Below, one piece after another: positions 1-10,003 of a stretch of DNA of 64,000 bases (its first letter is position 1; the number at the start of each line of letters is the position of its first letter). Source of the stretch: Dehalococcoidia bacterium. GTDB taxonomy: Bacteria > Chloroflexota > Dehalococcoidia > Plut-88900. The stretch covers positions 1,408,001-1,472,000 of the forward strand of contig OZ240215.1 of assembly GCA_965197585.1 (NCBI GenBank). The letters run 5' to 3'. A program made the translations under genes and the position numbers. The notes below the pieces were generated by a model that worked only from the letters and a program-made list of their open reading frames with translations, was not told the origin of the DNA and did not search any database.

Positions 1-615
1 CCCGGCCAGGAACCGCCATTTCATCGCCGCCGGGAACGCTGCCCCACCCCGCCCCCTAAGCCCCGACTTCAACACATCCTCAATCGCTTCCGCGGGAGCC
101 ATATCCGAGAGGCAACGGTCGAGTCCGGAATAGCCACCGTTGGCTATGTACTGGTCGATTTCCGATGGATCGATGGTGCCGCAATTCCGCATGGCAACCC
201 GGACCTGGGGTTTAAGGTCGGGGAGGTCGAAGAGCTTGGGGAGACCGTCTACCGACTCATCGCCCCGGATGGCGAGAGCGAGGTCGGGCCTCGGGTTTCC
301 ACCGACCAGATAGTCTTTGACCAGGGTTTCAGCAATCTCTGGGGTAACGTTCGCGTAGGTAATACGGGGTCTGCCGGGCGCGATTATGTCGACTAACACC
401 TCTGCATAGCAGAGGCCGATGCAGCCGACCTGGTGTACCTGCGCCTCGATGCCGCTCTCGGCGATGGCCTTTTCGAAAGCCACCACCACCTGCAGGCCAC
501 CCGCCGCCCGTCCACAGGTCGCCGTCCCGACGAATATCCGGGCCGGGCTACCCTTCATAAGGGAGTCCCAGCTGGCGTCAGCGCGCTGCTTAAGCTGTAT
601 GTAGGCTTCCGTCAT
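1..615 (-). CDS. nuoF: NuoF/HoxF/HydB-like NADH-binding flavoprotein subunit with N-terminal thioredoxin-like [2Fe-2S] domain (5' part; runs off window)
   Basis: Not in the ORF track. Manual translation from ATG 615 (ATGA overlap with upstream stop): MTEAYIQLKQ...VGTATCGRAAG...QVGCIGLCYAE...RNCGTIDP...KSGLRGRGGAAFP, containing the NuoF GLRGRGGAxFP motif. Confidence 0.88.
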   Translation of the reverse strand, partial: MTEAYIQLKQRADASWDSLMKGSPARIFVGTATCGRAAGGLQVVVAFEKAIAESGIEAQVHQVGCIGLCYAEVLVDIIAPGRPRITYANVTPEIAETLVKDYLVGGNPRPDLALAIRGDESVDGLPKLFDLPDLKPQVRVAMRNCGTIDPSEIDQYIANGGYSGLDRCLSDMAPAEAIEDVLKSGLRGRGGAAFPAAMKWRFLAG

Positions 616-1079
616 CGGGCCTTCTTTATAATCTCGACTGCGGCCTCGGGGGTGAGGTCACCATATATCTTTTCGTCAACGATAGCCACGGGTCCGTGGG
701 CGCATGCGGCGGCGCAGGACGTTCGCTTCCAGGTGAATTCTCCGTCGGTAGTCGTGCCTTCCTCTTCCATCCCCATCTCCTTCTTCACCGCCGACATCAC
801 TTCCAGCGCACCCCTCACGTGGCAGGACGGGCCCCAGCACACCTCCACGGTGTGCTTGCCGGGAGGAGTGAAGCGGAAGTGGGTGTAGAAGGTAGCTACG
901 CCGAAAACGTCGTTGACTGAGGCGTCGGTGAAGTCGGCGATGAGGGGAATAGACTCGGAAGGCAGGAAACCGAACTCTTCCTGGACGTGAATGAGGGATG
1001 AGAGAACGGTGATTTCCTCTTTGACCTGTCGATCAAGGGCCTGAGTGACTCTATCTGTCGTAGAGGCCGTTGGCGTCAT
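612..1079 (-). CDS. nuoE: NuoE-like [2Fe-2S] subunit
   Basis: GVATFYTHF, VCWGPSCHVRG and SCAAACAHGP motifs; translationally coupled to the nuoF-like gene. Confidence 0.9.
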   Translation of the reverse strand: MTPTASTTDRVTQALDRQVKEEITVLSSLIHVQEEFGFLPSESIPLIADFTDASVNDVFGVATFYTHFRFTPPGKHTVEVCWGPSCHVRGALEVMSAVKKEMGMEEEGTTTDGEFTWKRTSCAAACAHGPVAIVDEKIYGDLTPEAAVEIIKKAR

Positions 1080-1157
1080 GTGAGGTAGTGTCTGCTCGAA
1101 GTATGAGGCTGCGACCTATTATGCCCTACACGCGCTTGCCGTTCAAGCGGGGCAGGC

Positions 1158-2480
1158 CTATCCGCTCCGGTCTTCAATCACCAGATTGGCAATCCGCTCC
1201 CCGAGCCGTACGGAGTAGTTCGTCCCCCGGTCCTCCGGATAAATCTGGGTAGTGTTCGCTAGGTAGAGGTCTTCAATAGGAGTGCGGTGCGCCGGTATCT
1301 TCTCGCCGTAGTTAGTCGTCACTATGGGCTGCGCCGCCTCCTCCCGGTGATAGTAGTACTCCTCGATCCACGACTCTTCGAAATCGGGGTTGAGGCGTTT
1401 CAGGTGAGGCAGGTACTCGGCCATCAGCTCTTCACGGCTCATCGAGTACATCGGACTTTCCTTGCCCAGGTAGTTGCTCAGATATACGAGGTGCTTCCCG
1501 CCATAGTGTGACTTGTCGATGAAATTCGTGTGCTCAATCACTGCGAGGAATGGTGTCTTGTATCCACTGATGTTCATCCAATATATGCGGGAGAGGGAAC
1601 GCTTCAGCACCATAACCACCAGGATCGCGGCGTGGTATTTGATCCTCTGCAACGTCTCCGTATATTCCTCCGGGAGCTCGGGGACGAGCCTCGGGAATAC
1701 GTAAGACGGCGTAGTGGAGATAATCAGGTCAAAGTCCTCGTATGCTTCCCCACCCCCCGGCTGCCGGATCTCGAGCCCCGTGGCCCGGTTGTTCTCCACT
1801 CTCACTCGGGTCACGGGTGTAGAGAGGTGCACCTCCCCTCCCATCCCTTCGATACGTTCCGTGAGCACTTCGAACACTTCTCCGAAGCTGCCCATCGGGT
1901 AGCCGAGCCTCTCCTTCTGCATGCTCTTGTCCCGGGAGGCGACCCTCAGATAGATCTTGCCCCACAGCCAGGCCATGCTGACGTCATCGGCGCTCGCCCC
2001 GAACTTGCCGCGCAAGAGAGGGCCCCATACCACGTCGTAGGCCTGCTGACCGGCCCACTTCACTATCCACTCCTTGGCCGTGACCCCTTCGAACTTCTTC
2101 CAGTTGGACGTCTTCTGAAGATAGAGGGTCACCAGCCCCAGCCGGATTCGGTTGATGAGGCTCAGGGGCTTGAACTTGAGCAGATCGAAGGGGGTGACGA
2201 AGTTGTAAATCGTGCCGTCGTGGTAGAAGCCGACTTTGGATTCGATCCAGGCCAGCTTCTCTCCGAGACCCAGCTCGTGGATCAGGTCCACCATGTGGGT
2301 GTCGCTCTTGAACAGATGATGGTAGCCGCGCTCCAGGCGGCCGTTGCCAACGTCGAAGGTCGAGGCCTGGCCTCCTACAAAAGGAGCGGCTTCGTAGACC
2401 TTCACCGAGTGGCCCTTCTTAAGCAGCTCGTATGCTGCGGCCAGGCCTGCGGCCCCGGCCCCTATTACGCCTATGTTCAA
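1158..2480 (-). CDS. FAD-dependent oxidoreductase (amino oxidase / protoporphyrinogen oxidase-like family)
   Basis: GAGAAGLAAA Rossmann motif, ERGYHHLF, C-terminal YPEDRGTNYS; last gene of the membrane/glycosylation operon. Confidence 0.8.
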   Translation of the reverse strand: MNIGVIGAGAAGLAAAYELLKKGHSVKVYEAAPFVGGQASTFDVGNGRLERGYHHLFKSDTHMVDLIHELGLGEKLAWIESKVGFYHDGTIYNFVTPFDLLKFKPLSLINRIRLGLVTLYLQKTSNWKKFEGVTAKEWIVKWAGQQAYDVVWGPLLRGKFGASADDVSMAWLWGKIYLRVASRDKSMQKERLGYPMGSFGEVFEVLTERIEGMGGEVHLSTPVTRVRVENNRATGLEIRQPGGGEAYEDFDLIISTTPSYVFPRLVPELPEEYTETLQRIKYHAAILVVMVLKRSLSRIYWMNISGYKTPFLAVIEHTNFIDKSHYGGKHLVYLSNYLGKESPMYSMSREELMAEYLPHLKRLNPDFEESWIEEYYYHREEAAQPIVTTNYGEKIPAHRTPIEDLYLANTTQIYPEDRGTNYSVRLGERIANLVIEDRSG

Positions 2481-3550
2481 TCCTTGTGGTCTCCTTCTAT
2501 AGATATCGGGGCCACGGCGCCTGCGCCCGCAGTTGCGGGCCCGCCTCGCACTAGTTCCATCAGAGAGCGATGTTCAAGCCACAGATACATTATGCCTGCG
2601 ACGACAACCGGTAGCCACAACACCACGTGAAGCGTCGCCGCGTACGCCACCGAGATCTCGGGGCTGTACCCGAAGGACACCAGGGTGACCTTTATCGCCC
2701 ATTCGAATGTGCCGACGTTGCCGGGTGCCGCTGGAAGTGCTCCCACGAGGTTAGACGTAGCCGTCACCACCATAGCCAGCGCGAAGGATACGTCGAAGTC
2801 GTTCCCGAAGGACAGCGTTATCAGGTAGTACATCAAGGATTCCATGATCCACACAGGCAGTGACATTATGAAGATGACCAGCACTTTTTTGGCGCTGTCC
2901 AGGGAACCCAGCCCTTCAATAAAGGTCTCCGCCAACCCCCGGACCCCGACCCTGAACCGGGCTGGCACGAATAGCAGAAGAATTCCTATCGCCCGGTTCG
3001 TCAGGCCGGGTCTCACCGTAAGGGCTACGAATGCCACTATCGCCCCAACGAACACCACCAGCACCACGGCACTCCCCGCCACCCTTGCCCAAGACACCTC
3101 TCCGGCGTCGTTCTTCAGCAGGTCGGCCAAGGGCAGGAAGGGCCAAACTACCAGGATGAAGAATATAAGGGTTAGCCCGTCGAAAACCCGGTCCACTCCC
3201 ACGGTTCCCAGCGCCGAGCTGGTACTCATTCGCTCCCGAGTCGCCAGGTAGTACGAGCGCGCCACCTCTCCAAGACGCACGGGCATGATATTGTTGGCCA
3301 TGTACCCAACTATCGTCACTGGGTAGAGCCGGGATATCGAGACGTCGGCCAGGTGTTTCATCAGGTACTGCCAACGCAGCGTCCTGAACCACAACGACCC
3401 GAAATAGACCAAGATGGCCGGAGCGACGTAAAGGTAGTTCGCACCCTTGAGGGCGTCAAACGTTTCCGAATAGTCGATGCGGAAGAGGAAGAGGGCGAGG
3501 AAAAGGGCGCTTACAGCCAGCCCCAGCCAGACCTTTTTAGACCTTAGCAA
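2477..3550 (-). CDS. Lysylphosphatidylglycerol synthase TM / flippase-like membrane protein (UPF0104)
   Basis: RTLRWQYL, GYMANNIMPVRLGEVAR, DRVFDGL and PAAPGNVGTFE motifs; multiple TM segments. Confidence 0.85.
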   Translation of the reverse strand: MLRSKKVWLGLAVSALFLALFLFRIDYSETFDALKGANYLYVAPAILVYFGSLWFRTLRWQYLMKHLADVSISRLYPVTIVGYMANNIMPVRLGEVARSYYLATRERMSTSSALGTVGVDRVFDGLTLIFFILVVWPFLPLADLLKNDAGEVSWARVAGSAVVLVVFVGAIVAFVALTVRPGLTNRAIGILLLFVPARFRVGVRGLAETFIEGLGSLDSAKKVLVIFIMSLPVWIMESLMYYLITLSFGNDFDVSFALAMVVTATSNLVGALPAAPGNVGTFEWAIKVTLVSFGYSPEISVAYAATLHVVLWLPVVVAGIMYLWLEHRSLMELVRGGPATAGAGAVAPISIEGDHKD

Positions 3551-3695
3551 TGACTGGTACGCCTTGAGGTGGAAGTGATTTCATAGTAAACAGGCGTGCC
3601 CCCAGGCCAGCCCAGTTAAAACGATGTGATGACAATGTTGCTTCAATTATAGGAAGGCCGTCTCTTGTGGGCAACTTGCAGGCATAGACAGCTGT

Positions 3696-6437
3696 CTATT
3701 GCTTTTCTTCCGATTCAAACGGTACAGGCCCCAGACGGAAGAAGACTATGGAATCTTCCGAACCCACGGACTTGTCATCCGCAAGTTCCCTGTTGACGAA
3801 GAAGTTCCACCACTGCCGCCAAGCATCGCCGTTTCCCAGTGCCCCGACGAAATCATCAAGGGGCAAGGGGTCCGACCCGCTCTTATAGGTGGCGAACTCG
3901 GGGAACCACGCCCGATGACCGATCCGTTCTCCCTCGCCGAAAGCGTCCAGGAACTCCGCTGATGCTGCCTCGTTCCTGTAGTGCATCACTATGACCTCGG
4001 CTTCGGGCTCGGCGTTCAGGGATGCGCAAGTGGTATCGGAGGTGTTGGCGTCATAGCAAGGCCATTGAACCCTCTCGTAGTCGCGCAGATACCATCTCCA
4101 CGGATATCCGAACCCGCTGGTCCTGTCGATGATGATGGGTAAGTCATAGCCTAGCCCCGTCTCAATTGCTCTCTCCTCGATGTTGGCCATAGTCCGCGTT
4201 ATGTCGGGTGTGGTCTGGGTGTAGACCAGCATCTCGATGGGGTAGTCACCCGTCCCCGGCCTGCCGACCCCATATGCCGCCTCCACCCCCACCCTCACCG
4301 AGTGGAACCCGACCAACCCCAATACCAATACCCCGACGACAGCCACCGCCAACCGAGCATCCAAGCGCGGCTTCCAATCGACTCGGGCCAACGCCCTGCC
4401 CACGAACCTCGCCGCGAGCAGGGTGATAGGCAGTGCAGTGTGCACCATGAGCCACGGCATCTTCTCCCCCGCCGCCGAGTACAGGATCAGCGTTGAAGCG
4501 AGCCAATAGATCAGGAAGACGTCGATTTTGTTCTCGGGGGTCAAGGACTTGTATGCGATCACTGATAGGGCTATGAAGAGTACGAGGGCATTCAACGGTT
4601 CCTGAGCCGCTGCTATCGAGTTGAAGAAATCGACACTCGTAGCATCGAACAGCCTCGGAGCCGCCCAGTTGAACGCAAGCAGCAGAAGGGCGGCCACGTT
4701 GGCTATCAATAACCTGCTCCGCAGGAACCCCTTGTCGAAAATTGCTCCGTACGTAACCAGGACAAACACTGCCCCGAGCAGCATCATGGCCCCGATGATA
4801 ACTCTGGTATCCGGACTCTCCGGCATCCAGTACGTGTACAGGACCAGGGCCCCGGCAATTACCCAGAATATCCCCTGGTAGAGCAGCAAGCCCGGCTTCA
4901 GTGCCGCCTTCTGCCTCAACAGCAGCCACCCCCCACCTATAAGCACGATGACGAGGGCCAGAAACTCATAGGTCGCGGTCATAATCAGGTAGTAATACCA
5001 CGGCTGCGCTCCCCGCCTGACTTCCTGCTGCGCTACCCAGTACCCGAGCGACTGCCACAGCCCGCTCCCGAGCCCCTGGCCCGTGTTCGTAAAAAAGGTC
5101 GTGAACAGGACTGCGAATATCGACCAGAAGATGACGCTGGATATCAGGAACTTCTTGCGGTCCCACTTCATCCCTATGAATATGCTCGCTGCGAAGAGAT
5201 AGATGACGATTCCCACGGCTATTGCCAGGGTCACGTTGCCGGAGGGCGCTCCGTCGGGGATGCCGGGCACATGGCTTTCGCTCGCTCCGCCAAATCCGTT
5301 TGGGTTGGCGAGGGTGAGGCCGAGAGGCTCCTGAAAAATAGCCGCCGCCGCTCCCATCAAGGGCAGTGCGAGCAAGACCAGCAGCAACCACGGCGTTCTC
5401 CGAAGGTCCCCCATCAACTTCGCAGTATCGATAAACCGTCCAAAGTCCAGCCATCCATTAAGTCGGGACCTTTTCAGCATCCACAACCAGGGCAGGACTC
5501 CCGCGTACACCCCTATAACCACGCCCAGGGAAACAAGGCTGAATGTCGGGTTCACCCTCCCGAAAACGTCGTATATGTCGAAGGACCATAGGATGGCGGC
5601 GACCACCCAGGCCGAAGCGAGGGTGAAGACCAGCGGGTAGGGCGCAATCCGAGGCCAGAACCATCTTGCCGCGTCGGATACTCCGTCGAGAGTTTTTTGA
5701 AGTATCCGTGGGCGCCACTCTCTGCCTCCCTCATTCTCAGACTCTTCCCCGGTTTCCCAACCCTCGCGCCCCGCCTTAAACGACAGCAGGAAGAAGAATC
5801 CACCCATGATGACCATCAGGATGAACGTGCTCTCCTTAGTCGCGAAGGCCATCCCAAACAGTGCGGCGGCGCCGTACAGATACCTCGCCTTTCGGCCGGA
5901 GGTGTACTTCCAGAGGCAGATGGCCAAGCCGAGGGTCCAGACGGCCATATAGGCGTCGTTGCGGGCGAACCGGGTGAAATACAGGATGGACGGGGAGAGG
6001 AGGAGCACGAGGCTCGCAATCATGCAGGCCCAGCGGCCCAAATAGCTCCGCAGGAAGAATGGCAGCCCCACGAGCACCACCCCGAACACCGCCGCCAACC
6101 CCCGAGCCGTCACCTCGCTCTCTCCGAACAGGTTGAAGAACAGGTTAAGGCCGAAGAACTGAAACGGGCCGTGGGTCAGGGGGTTGTGCTGGTACGCATT
6201 CAGGAATTCCAACGCAAAGAAGGCGTGGATGCTCTCGTCGTGGTGTATGGCCCGGGTCCCGAGGTCCCAGAACCTCGTCAAAACCGCCAGTGCCACTACG
6301 CCGACATAGAAAGCGACTTCCCAACCTGGGAGTCCCCTAAGCCACATCTCCAGGCGCGCGCTCGTCCTAGCCAGGCGACTTCTCGGCTCGTCGGCGGACA
6401 TGCCGGCGTCCGTTTCTACTTGGCTCGGTCCAGTCAA
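3696..6437 (-). CDS. TIGR03663 (Agl23-like) GT-C fold membrane protein
   Basis: HHDESIHA, HGPFQF, RFARND, ATKE, GQGLGSGLWQSLGYW and EKMPWL motifs; many TM helices. Confidence 0.8.
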   Translation of the reverse strand: MTGPSQVETDAGMSADEPRSRLARTSARLEMWLRGLPGWEVAFYVGVVALAVLTRFWDLGTRAIHHDESIHAFFALEFLNAYQHNPLTHGPFQFFGLNLFFNLFGESEVTARGLAAVFGVVLVGLPFFLRSYLGRWACMIASLVLLLSPSILYFTRFARNDAYMAVWTLGLAICLWKYTSGRKARYLYGAAALFGMAFATKESTFILMVIMGGFFFLLSFKAGREGWETGEESENEGGREWRPRILQKTLDGVSDAARWFWPRIAPYPLVFTLASAWVVAAILWSFDIYDVFGRVNPTFSLVSLGVVIGVYAGVLPWLWMLKRSRLNGWLDFGRFIDTAKLMGDLRRTPWLLLVLLALPLMGAAAAIFQEPLGLTLANPNGFGGASESHVPGIPDGAPSGNVTLAIAVGIVIYLFAASIFIGMKWDRKKFLISSVIFWSIFAVLFTTFFTNTGQGLGSGLWQSLGYWVAQQEVRRGAQPWYYYLIMTATYEFLALVIVLIGGGWLLLRQKAALKPGLLLYQGIFWVIAGALVLYTYWMPESPDTRVIIGAMMLLGAVFVLVTYGAIFDKGFLRSRLLIANVAALLLLAFNWAAPRLFDATSVDFFNSIAAAQEPLNALVLFIALSVIAYKSLTPENKIDVFLIYWLASTLILYSAAGEKMPWLMVHTALPITLLAARFVGRALARVDWKPRLDARLAVAVVGVLVLGLVGFHSVRVGVEAAYGVGRPGTGDYPIEMLVYTQTTPDITRTMANIEERAIETGLGYDLPIIIDRTSGFGYPWRWYLRDYERVQWPCYDANTSDTTCASLNAEPEAEVIVMHYRNEAASAEFLDAFGEGERIGHRAWFPEFATYKSGSDPLPLDDFVGALGNGDAWRQWWNFFVNRELADDKSVGSEDSIVFFRLGPVPFESEEKQ

Positions 6438-8827
6438 TTCTCCCTCACTTTATATATGGTGATTTGCCCGCTTTCGAAGGCACGATCCATAAATTCGTCG
6501 AAGGTGGTTGCCGTGTCCAGGCCATACAAGTCACGTTCCAGCCCGCCCACGTAGACGTATTCGACGCCGTATTTCTCAAGCAAAGCCTCGACCACCGAGA
6601 CATCGGCCTCCGTGTAGATCGCTCTGACGTCGTCGGCCCTTTCCCGGAACCCGCGCCGGCTCCCTCGCCACTGCTCCTCGTGTCCCGCCCAACCGAGAAT
6701 TGTCGGCACACCGGTGCGCCCCGACACCCGCGCATAGTCGAGCCTGTAGTCTCCGCCGGGTGTGCCCCGGTCGTCTACTGCCACGGCTTCCACAATCACC
6801 GACTCGGGGCCTGAATCTTCCGAGATGAATGCCAGGGCTCGGGTTTCCGTGGACTCGGAGCCACCGAGGAAAGCCAGGCCGTTAAGGGTCGGCTCTGCCG
6901 AAAAGGAGTTCGTCTTGTTGTTCAAAGCGCTCAAAGTAAACATCGCCGATGCAACGATTAGCAATCCTATCAGTCCTACGGCAACCGTGCCCACAGTTCT
7001 TCTATAGATGCCCGACCAGTCCCATCCCGACACCAGGTAGTAGACGCCGAACGCCGACGCCGCGGCTAGCAGTATCCAAGCCTGGTAATAGAACTTGAAC
7101 ACCGTGTTCATCCTGTTGCCAAAAACGTCCACGATTCGAAAAAATTCCGGGCCGAGTGTCGCGAGCAGACCTGCGAATAACAGGATGAGGGCGAAAGTAG
7201 TTGCGGCCCGGCTCTCGTTCTTGGCGTTCAGCCCGAGCTTGAGAATCAGCCATAGGGCTAGCCCTAGAACCAACAGAAGAGGAAATGTCCCAAGGACCCG
7301 TGCCCCGATTTCGTCCAGACCTCCCAAGACATCTCCCTCCACAAGGCTTTTGGGCAGTACGATTGCCGCCCAAATCGCGAAGGGGGCCAGCACCAGCAAC
7401 GTCCCGGAGTGCCACATTCGTCCAGTGTCGGACCTAGCCCGGAGGTAGCGGAAGGTCAAGGCCAGCAGGAAGGGAACGCTTATGAGCAGGAAGAGCCCCA
7501 CAACCAGGAAGTAATGGATGTATCGGGTGTGGACTCCCTCCACGGGGAGCACCCAGGGGAAGAGGGGCGAGGGCCTGTCCCCGAGGTAGAAGGGCAGGTA
7601 CAAGACTACCACCGCAGCCACCAGGACCCCGGCGAACAACCCCCAGCTTTTCATCTGTTCACGTCCCCACCCCACCCCCGACCAGTGGTTCGCGACCAAC
7701 GTCGTCCCCAGGAACAACCCGAGTCCCAGCGGAAGGTCCCAGCTGTTGAGGAATCCCAATCCTCCTATACAAAGCGCTATGACCGCAAACCCGACCTTAT
7801 TCTCCCGCATCCATCGGAGTCTAAATGTCTCTCCCGATGCGAGAGTTCGCAGACCCAGGCCCAACGCGAGAATCAGGAACGGCAGCGACATCACGTGCGG
7901 ATGGAGATCGCCCAGGATGAAGCTGAAGCTGGGGAACTCCGTAATCGCGGGCGTCGACCCGCCTTCTGCGGCCTGGATGACCCGGGTCGTGCGCCACCAC
8001 CACCAAAAGTCCTGGGAGAACCATGATGAGGTCTCCGGTGCCGTCGTCGCTCCCTCGACCCCGATCCACGACCACACACCTTCGCCTCCCACCCCCCATG
8101 CCCGCACAATCTCAGCAACCGACTGGAGGTTCCCTATCCCCACCACCAGCAATGCTGCCAGCAGCCCGACGGCTACCGGAATCTCGCGACCATCCCCGTT
8201 GCCCCGTCGATGTATGCCTACCATCTCCGACACCAGCCCAAACGCCCCAACTACCGACAACGAGAACAACAGGGCAATCGCAAGGTTGTACGCCACCGCC
8301 GCCTCGACGCCCGTGACCTTGGCCAAAACCCCGTGCATCACGTACCCGAAGTAGTAGTAGCTCACCGAATGTCCGCTCAACCAGGGGTCTTGGGGGGGCA
8401 TGGACTCGGCCCTGATAACCGAGTTGAGCAGGGCAAAGTCCATCGGCTGTTCCGTGTGGCTGATTGCGGGGTCGTAGGCCCGAGCGGCGGCCCACCCGGC
8501 GAAAGCCGCCAGGAACAGCACGTCCACGATGACTATCGTCCATCGCTGCTCTCGCACGTACTGCCGGAACTCGTCGAGTCTCCGGCAAACAACCAGGAAC
8601 GAGGCCGCCGCCAGAACCAGCGCCACCCCCGACACCCAATAGCGGTTGAGAGGCACGATTCCAGAGAACCCCACCATCCACACCAGGAAGCTGAACAGCA
8701 GTATCCCAAGGACTTTGGAGAAGGCATAACCACCGTAGGGCAGGCGCGAGAACAGGACGAAGGTGACCGGCAAGGCAATGAGACCCAGGGCCTCGACGGC
8801 GAGCGCCCAGGAGATGAAGTCGATCAT
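6434..8827 (-). CDS. DUF2298 / Chloroflexi-Archaea YYY-domain membrane protein
   Basis: TEQPMDF, DPWLSGHSVSYYYFG, ITEFPSFSFILGDLHPH, RMNTVFKFYYQAW and GWAGHEEQWR motifs. Confidence 0.88.
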   Translation of the reverse strand: MIDFISWALAVEALGLIALPVTFVLFSRLPYGGYAFSKVLGILLFSFLVWMVGFSGIVPLNRYWVSGVALVLAAASFLVVCRRLDEFRQYVREQRWTIVIVDVLFLAAFAGWAAARAYDPAISHTEQPMDFALLNSVIRAESMPPQDPWLSGHSVSYYYFGYVMHGVLAKVTGVEAAVAYNLAIALLFSLSVVGAFGLVSEMVGIHRRGNGDGREIPVAVGLLAALLVVGIGNLQSVAEIVRAWGVGGEGVWSWIGVEGATTAPETSSWFSQDFWWWWRTTRVIQAAEGGSTPAITEFPSFSFILGDLHPHVMSLPFLILALGLGLRTLASGETFRLRWMRENKVGFAVIALCIGGLGFLNSWDLPLGLGLFLGTTLVANHWSGVGWGREQMKSWGLFAGVLVAAVVVLYLPFYLGDRPSPLFPWVLPVEGVHTRYIHYFLVVGLFLLISVPFLLALTFRYLRARSDTGRMWHSGTLLVLAPFAIWAAIVLPKSLVEGDVLGGLDEIGARVLGTFPLLLVLGLALWLILKLGLNAKNESRAATTFALILLFAGLLATLGPEFFRIVDVFGNRMNTVFKFYYQAWILLAAASAFGVYYLVSGWDWSGIYRRTVGTVAVGLIGLLIVASAMFTLSALNNKTNSFSAEPTLNGLAFLGGSESTETRALAFISEDSGPESVIVEAVAVDDRGTPGGDYRLDYARVSGRTGVPTILGWAGHEEQWRGSRRGFRERADDVRAIYTEADVSVVEALLEKYGVEYVYVGGLERDLYGLDTATTFDEFMDRAFESGQITIYKVREN

Positions 8828-8870
8828 GTCGGGCTAACCATGGTCATGGAATGCACACCCATATTATCCA

Positions 8871-8911
8871 TAAAGCCGATGCGTCCGCCTGAGGCGGACG
8901 CATCGGCTTTA
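8871..8911. terminator. Perfect 19-bp inverted repeat downstream of ftsY (likely terminator; core matches a dispersed GTCCGCC-n3-GGCGGA hairpin)
   Basis: TAAAGCCGATGCGTCCGCC-TGA-GGCGGACGCATCGGCTTTA. Confidence 0.7.
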
Positions 8912-8944
8912 AATAACCCGTTGTCGGGTGCCGAGGGCAAGTCT

Positions 8945-9880
8945 CTATCCCAGCAAGGCCGACACAAATTCTTCCGCGTCGAAGGGGGCCATGTCGTCGG
9001 GGCCTTCGCCCGTGCCTATGAACCTGATAGGTATGCCCAGCTCGTCGCAGATGCTAAGGACTACGCCACCCTTTGCGGAGCCATCCAGCTTGGCGAGGAA
9101 GATTCCTGTCACACCCGCCGACTCGATGAACTGTCGGGCCTGGGCCACCGCGTTCTGCCCGATCACCGCATCCAACACCAGCACCACTTCATGAGGCGCG
9201 GATGGATCGAACCGGCTGACGACTCTCTTGATCTTCTGGAGTTCCTGCATCAGGTTGTACTTGGTGTGCAGCCGACCCGCGGTGTCGACTAATACAAGGT
9301 CGGCCTTCCGGTTTTTGGCGCTGCTCAGCGCGTCGAAGGCCACCGCCCCGGGGTCCGACCCCTGCCGGTGGGCCACAACGTGGGCCCCCGACCTTTCACC
9401 CCACACCTCCAGTTGCTCGATAGCCGCCGCCCGAAACGTGTCAGCCGCGGCCAGCACCACGCTTTGCCCCTCCGAACAGTAGGCGTGGGCCATCTTGCCT
9501 ATCGAAGTCGTCTTCCCGCCTCCGTTCACCCCGACCACCAGCACGACACCCGGCCCACCGTTAACGGAGGATAGAAACTCTCGATCTCCTGAGGCCTTGG
9601 ATAGGATCGACGCCATCTCCTCTCGCAGCGCAGCCCGGATATCGTCGGGATTGCCCAGCCTCTCGCTCTTGACCCGTTCCCGCAGGGTCTCGGAGATTCG
9701 CGTGGAAGTCTTGACGCCGACATCCGCGGAGATCAGGACCTCTTCGAGGGTCTCCCAGAACTCCTCGTCTATCTTGGGCGTGTTAAATACGCCGACAATT
9801 CGCCGAAGAAAACCCTGTTTCGTACGCTTGAGGCTCTCCTCGGTCTTCTTTTCACGTCTTCTGAGTCTAAAGAACGGCAT
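8945..9880 (-). CDS. ftsY: Signal recognition particle receptor FtsY
   Basis: [23 protein letters not shown] and [10 protein letters not shown] motifs; ATG 9880 preceded by AGGAG. Confidence 0.96.
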   Translation of the reverse strand: MPFFRLRRREKKTEESLKRTKQGFLRRIVGVFNTPKIDEEFWETLEEVLISADVGVKTSTRISETLRERVKSERLGNPDDIRAALREEMASILSKASGDREFLSSVNGGPGVVLVVGVNGGGKTTSIGKMAHAYCSEGQSVVLAAADTFRAAAIEQLEVWGERSGAHVVAHRQGSDPGAVAFDALSSAKNRKADLVLVDTAGRLHTKYNLMQELQKIKRVVSRFDPSAPHEVVLVLDAVIGQNAVAQARQFIESAGVTGIFLAKLDGSAKGGVVLSICDELGIPIRFIGTGEGPDDMAPFDAEEFVSALLG

Positions 9881-10003
9881 GTATGCTCCTGAATCGATGT
9901 TAACACTCGCCAAAAAACACGGTCAACATTTGCCCTCGAATTGACACTCCCTCCCCCCGTTCTTATCCTTCCCTCAATCAGACCCTCCCACCAGGAGTAT
10001 GCC

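Noticed and set aside
1530-2630. Long antisense ORFs (also 8210-9292 and 53584-55014, among others)
   Set aside because: Shadow frames opposite well-supported genes in high-GC DNA.
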